Shown here one piece after another: positions 23,964-26,338 of a stretch of DNA of 26,338 nt (position 1 is the first letter of the stretch; each line of letters starts with the position of its first letter). The DNA is from a virus (lineage: Duplodnaviria > Caudoviricetes): positions 1-26,338 of IMG/VR virus record IMGVR_UViG_3300028581_002452. The stretch is one strand, 5' to 3'. The notes beneath the pieces are model-generated. The model had not been told where the DNA came from and searched no databases. It was given only the letters and a program-made list of their open reading frames with translations. The position numbers and the translations under genes were made by a program.

Positions 23964-24547
23964 TGTAGATCTTCTCTCAGAGCGGATCTGCTCAGAAACA
24001 ATTGCACGCTGTATCTGTTTTTACTTCCAGCATTGATGGTGCTGACTGAATGTAATTCCCTGCCATTGTTTATTATTGCTCTGTTGAATATGGGCTCATA
24101 AAATTTTCCATGTGTGTCTGAATGGTTATCCTTCAACAAGAAACAACCTCCCCAATCAGGGTGCCATTCTCTGTTTAGATATATTGATATCCCGGCCGGA
24201 TCTTTATCTTTCTGTGTTTTCCATTCACGACTCTTATCATATTCGTCATGCTTGTCAGTATGCCACTCCACAGAACTAAGTGGATAGGCTTTGTAAATTA
24301 ATGCTTCGCTGTCAGCTGGCTCTCGTGTCAGTATGCCTTGGGACAGCAGAGTTTGTATTAATTTATTTGCCATCTTGGTATCCATGTGAGCAATGAAGGG
24401 AAATTGTTTATCTGGCAAATACTTGCCAAATTCAGCATCAAAATAAGAATGTCCGTTCATCCATATGGGCTTGTCCAACTCACCGATAATATAGCTCTCC
24501 AGCTCATTGGCGAAATCCACAGCCAAAAAATTATCTATCATCTTCAT
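23960..24547 (-). CDS. 2OG-Fe(II) oxygenase, prolyl-4-hydroxylase-like
   Basis: WHTD, IYLNREWHPDWGG, LHSVS and RYSVQLF motifs. Confidence 0.8.
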   Translation of the reverse strand: MKMIDNFLAVDFANELESYIIGELDKPIWMNGHSYFDAEFGKYLPDKQFPFIAHMDTKMANKLIQTLLSQGILTREPADSEALIYKAYPLSSVEWHTDKHDEYDKSREWKTQKDKDPAGISIYLNREWHPDWGGCFLLKDNHSDTHGKFYEPIFNRAIINNGRELHSVSTINAGSKNRYSVQLFLSRSALREDLQ

Positions 24548-25104
24548 AGTTCAAAACTCGTTTCCAGCACACTTAGACAAAATGATACCCTGGTCTCAGC
24601 GGTGTGGTTGTACACCGAATGCGGATTGCGACCCCCATCGAGACACAGTATGGAATCTTCCGGCAGGTATAATTTCCTATCTCCCCACTGCATGCCACAC
24701 TCCTGTTCTGTGGCCTTGGGTTGGCGCAGGTAGTACATGATGGTGTAAGTGCGATCCGGTTCACGGTCATCCATGCCTTCGATGTGGCTCCAATCAGTGT
24801 GCTCGGGCATGACCGAATGTGGTGGCACCACTATGATTGCAGAGTAACTGATGCCCGACAGTGTGCTGATGTCCCCGACCAACTCACTCCATCTCGCGGG
24901 TGGTGTTCTTTTCACAAAGCGATTGTATATGTCATAGGAATAAGTGGGAGCCGAGTCTGAGTGCGTGCCTTGATTCCATTGTTCTGTCCAGTCTTCCGTT
25001 CGGAAATCTTGTAGGTCTTGTTCTGTATTGTAGGTCTGTTTCACTCTGCGGAATATATCAGCCAGTCGTGGATAATCACGATATCGAGTGTAGTCTATCA
25101 GCAT
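24544..25104 (-). CDS. 2OG-Fe(II) oxygenase, aspartyl/asparaginyl beta-hydroxylase-like (186 aa)
   Basis: PPHSVMPEHTD...PHSVYNHTAETRVS; start re-set to ATG 25104, just after the promoter. Confidence 0.75.
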   Translation of the reverse strand: MLIDYTRYRDYPRLADIFRRVKQTYNTEQDLQDFRTEDWTEQWNQGTHSDSAPTYSYDIYNRFVKRTPPARWSELVGDISTLSGISYSAIIVVPPHSVMPEHTDWSHIEGMDDREPDRTYTIMYYLRQPKATEQECGMQWGDRKLYLPEDSILCLDGGRNPHSVYNHTAETRVSFCLSVLETSFEL

Positions 25105-25110
25105 ATAACC

Positions 25111-25140
25111 ATTATAACACAACGCTGTTGTGGGTGTCAA
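25111..25140 (-). promoter_or_regulatory. Sigma70-type promoter of the five-gene operon, likely leaderless
   Basis: Minus strand TTGACA-18 nt-TATAAT with extended TG; ATG 6 nt downstream. Confidence 0.75.
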
Positions 25141-25188
25141 CTGCACACAGATTATCGGATGAATTAAACCAGTGGCATAATTAATAGT

Positions 25189-25524
25189 ATGGAATTGTTT
25201 GAACTAACAGAATCAGCTCGAAAACAGATTGGTAATCTATTGACCCGCAATCCTGGAAAATATGCAGTGAGCCTAGCAGTGCTGGGCGGAGGATGTGCAG
25301 GCTTCAAATACGATTGGGGATTTGCGGACTCCGCGGAACAGATACAAAAAGATGACGTGGTAGTGGAATGGGCGGGTGGCAGATTTGTCGTGGACTCCAT
25401 GAGCGTGATGTATGTGGCCGGCACCAGAGTAGATTGGAAGGAAGAAGTGTTCGGAGCACAGTTCGAGATAACCAATCCCAAGGCCACGGGCGGCTGCGGA
25501 TGCGGAGAAAGTTTCTCAGTCTAA
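25189..25524 (+). CDS. iscA: A-type Fe-S carrier protein (IscA/SufA/HesB)
   Basis: LTESA, GGGCAGFKY and NPKATGGCGCGESF motifs. Confidence 0.93.
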   Translation: MELFELTESARKQIGNLLTRNPGKYAVSLAVLGGGCAGFKYDWGFADSAEQIQKDDVVVEWAGGRFVVDSMSVMYVAGTRVDWKEEVFGAQFEITNPKATGGCGCGESFSV

Positions 25525-25808
25525 GTGCTGCCTATGGGCTTGTCGCTGCTGGCGTCAGTGCGGTAGATACCTCGCATTTTAACCCCGACCTTTTGGGCAT
25601 ATCTCTTTGAGTCACAGAAACTGCACACATGTTTATAATCATTGGTGGCCCTGTCCATCGCCACCCTGCTCTTGGGCCGCAGGAATGTTATGCCGCAGCA
25701 GTCGCATTTGAATACGTATAGAGTGTTTTTTCTTTTGAAGGTATGATATACACCCAGTTTACTCTGGCGTTCGTACAGTCGGAGTGTTTTCAGTGTTTCT
25801 ATGAACAT
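25521..25808 (-). CDS. Hypothetical Zn-finger-like basic protein (95 aa)
   Basis: CDCC...CSFC; start re-set to ATG 25808 with SD GAGGA and a TAAATA box upstream. Confidence 0.65.
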   Translation of the reverse strand: MFIETLKTLRLYERQSKLGVYHTFKRKNTLYVFKCDCCGITFLRPKSRVAMDRATNDYKHVCSFCDSKRYAQKVGVKMRGIYRTDASSDKPIGST

Positions 25809-25821
25809 GATATCCTCAAGA

Positions 25822-25836
25822 ATATTTAATAAATAT
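25822..25836. promoter_or_regulatory. Back-to-back late promoters forming a palindrome
   Basis: ATATTTA-A-TAAATAT: TAAATA on the minus strand (25828-25823) and on the plus strand (25830-25835), between divergent genes. Confidence 0.6.
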
Positions 25837-25850
25837 ATGGAAATCATTAT

Positions 25851-26338
25851 ATGAGCAGACTCACAATTGACACAGGAACCGAAGGAAATCCAGCCACAGG
25901 CGACAGCCTGCGCGGAGCGTTCACTAAGGTCAACACCAATTTTCAAGAGTTATATGCAGAGCTGGGCGGCGACAGCCTAGATACACTTATCTTCACTAAC
26001 AACACCATTAGCTCAGGCATAACCAATGGCACCTTGGTGCTGGAAGGCAATGGTACTGGAGCAGTGGACATAGAAGGCATACAGGTCAACGACAACCAAA
26101 TCATAACAACTACCTCCAACGCAAATTTATTATTGGACGGCAACGGCACCGGCACCGTGGTCATAAACGGACTCAGCTTCCCCATAGCGGACGGCACCGC
26201 GGGTCAGGTATTGAAGACCGACGGAGCGGGCAATCTATCATTCACAGCAGTGGATCCGGGAGCCATCACTTTTGTAGGAGATGACAGCACAGGCATAGCC
26301 GTAAGCATCGGAGAGACATTCAAGATAGTGGGTGCTGG
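25851..26338 (+). CDS. Virion structural protein with T4 gp9/gp10-type N-terminus (baseplate / tail-fibre related), 3'-truncated; absent from the ORF track
   Basis: Translates as MSRLTIDTGTEGNPATGDSLRGAFTKVNTNFQELY...LEGNGTGAV...LDGNGTGTV...DGTAGQVLKTDGAGNLSF, open to the window end. Confidence 0.8.
   Translation, partial: MSRLTIDTGTEGNPATGDSLRGAFTKVNTNFQELYAELGGDSLDTLIFTNNTISSGITNGTLVLEGNGTGAVDIEGIQVNDNQIITTTSNANLLLDGNGTGTVVINGLSFPIADGTAGQVLKTDGAGNLSFTAVDPGAITFVGDDSTGIAVSIGETFKIVGA

Noticed and set aside
25943-26197. 84-aa minus-strand ORF
   Set aside because: Antisense to the structural gene starting at 25851.
1-26338. Stop-codon reassignment, tRNA genes, inteins or transposases
   Set aside because: Recognised genes are full length in the standard code with TAA, TAG and TGA all used as stops; SufB has no insertion; no cloverleaf or transposase motif was seen.

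Overview
This window looks like part of a large T4-like (myovirus) phage genome, probably aquatic with a likely alphaproteobacterial host (inference). Support comes from repeated TAAATA late-promoter boxes, a gp9/gp10-type structural gene running off the 3' end, tight ATGA-coupled genes and many auxiliary metabolic genes. The most striking block (2183-8577) is a co-oriented envelope module: csgF, csgG, a secreted curlin-like repeat protein, a FecR-domain protein, a PA14-plus-curlin fusion and a CHASE2 class III adenylate cyclase. Together these look like a phage-encoded curli-type secretion system wired to cAMP signalling. A second block (21263-25104, minus strand) is a translationally coupled five-gene biosynthetic operon of three 2OG-Fe(II) oxygenases, a class III aminotransferase and an amidinotransferase. 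The window also has dispersed Fe-S genes (sufB, sufE, iscA/sufA), a speD-like decarboxylase, a PlcP/LpxH-like phosphoesterase, queD with a candidate pseudoknotted leader, DNA repair genes (uvsE, MBD4-like glycosylase), glycosyltransferase-like genes and widespread apparently leaderless transcripts. No tRNA, rRNA, CRISPR array or transposase was recognised. All product calls are from motif recognition by eye, not database searches.
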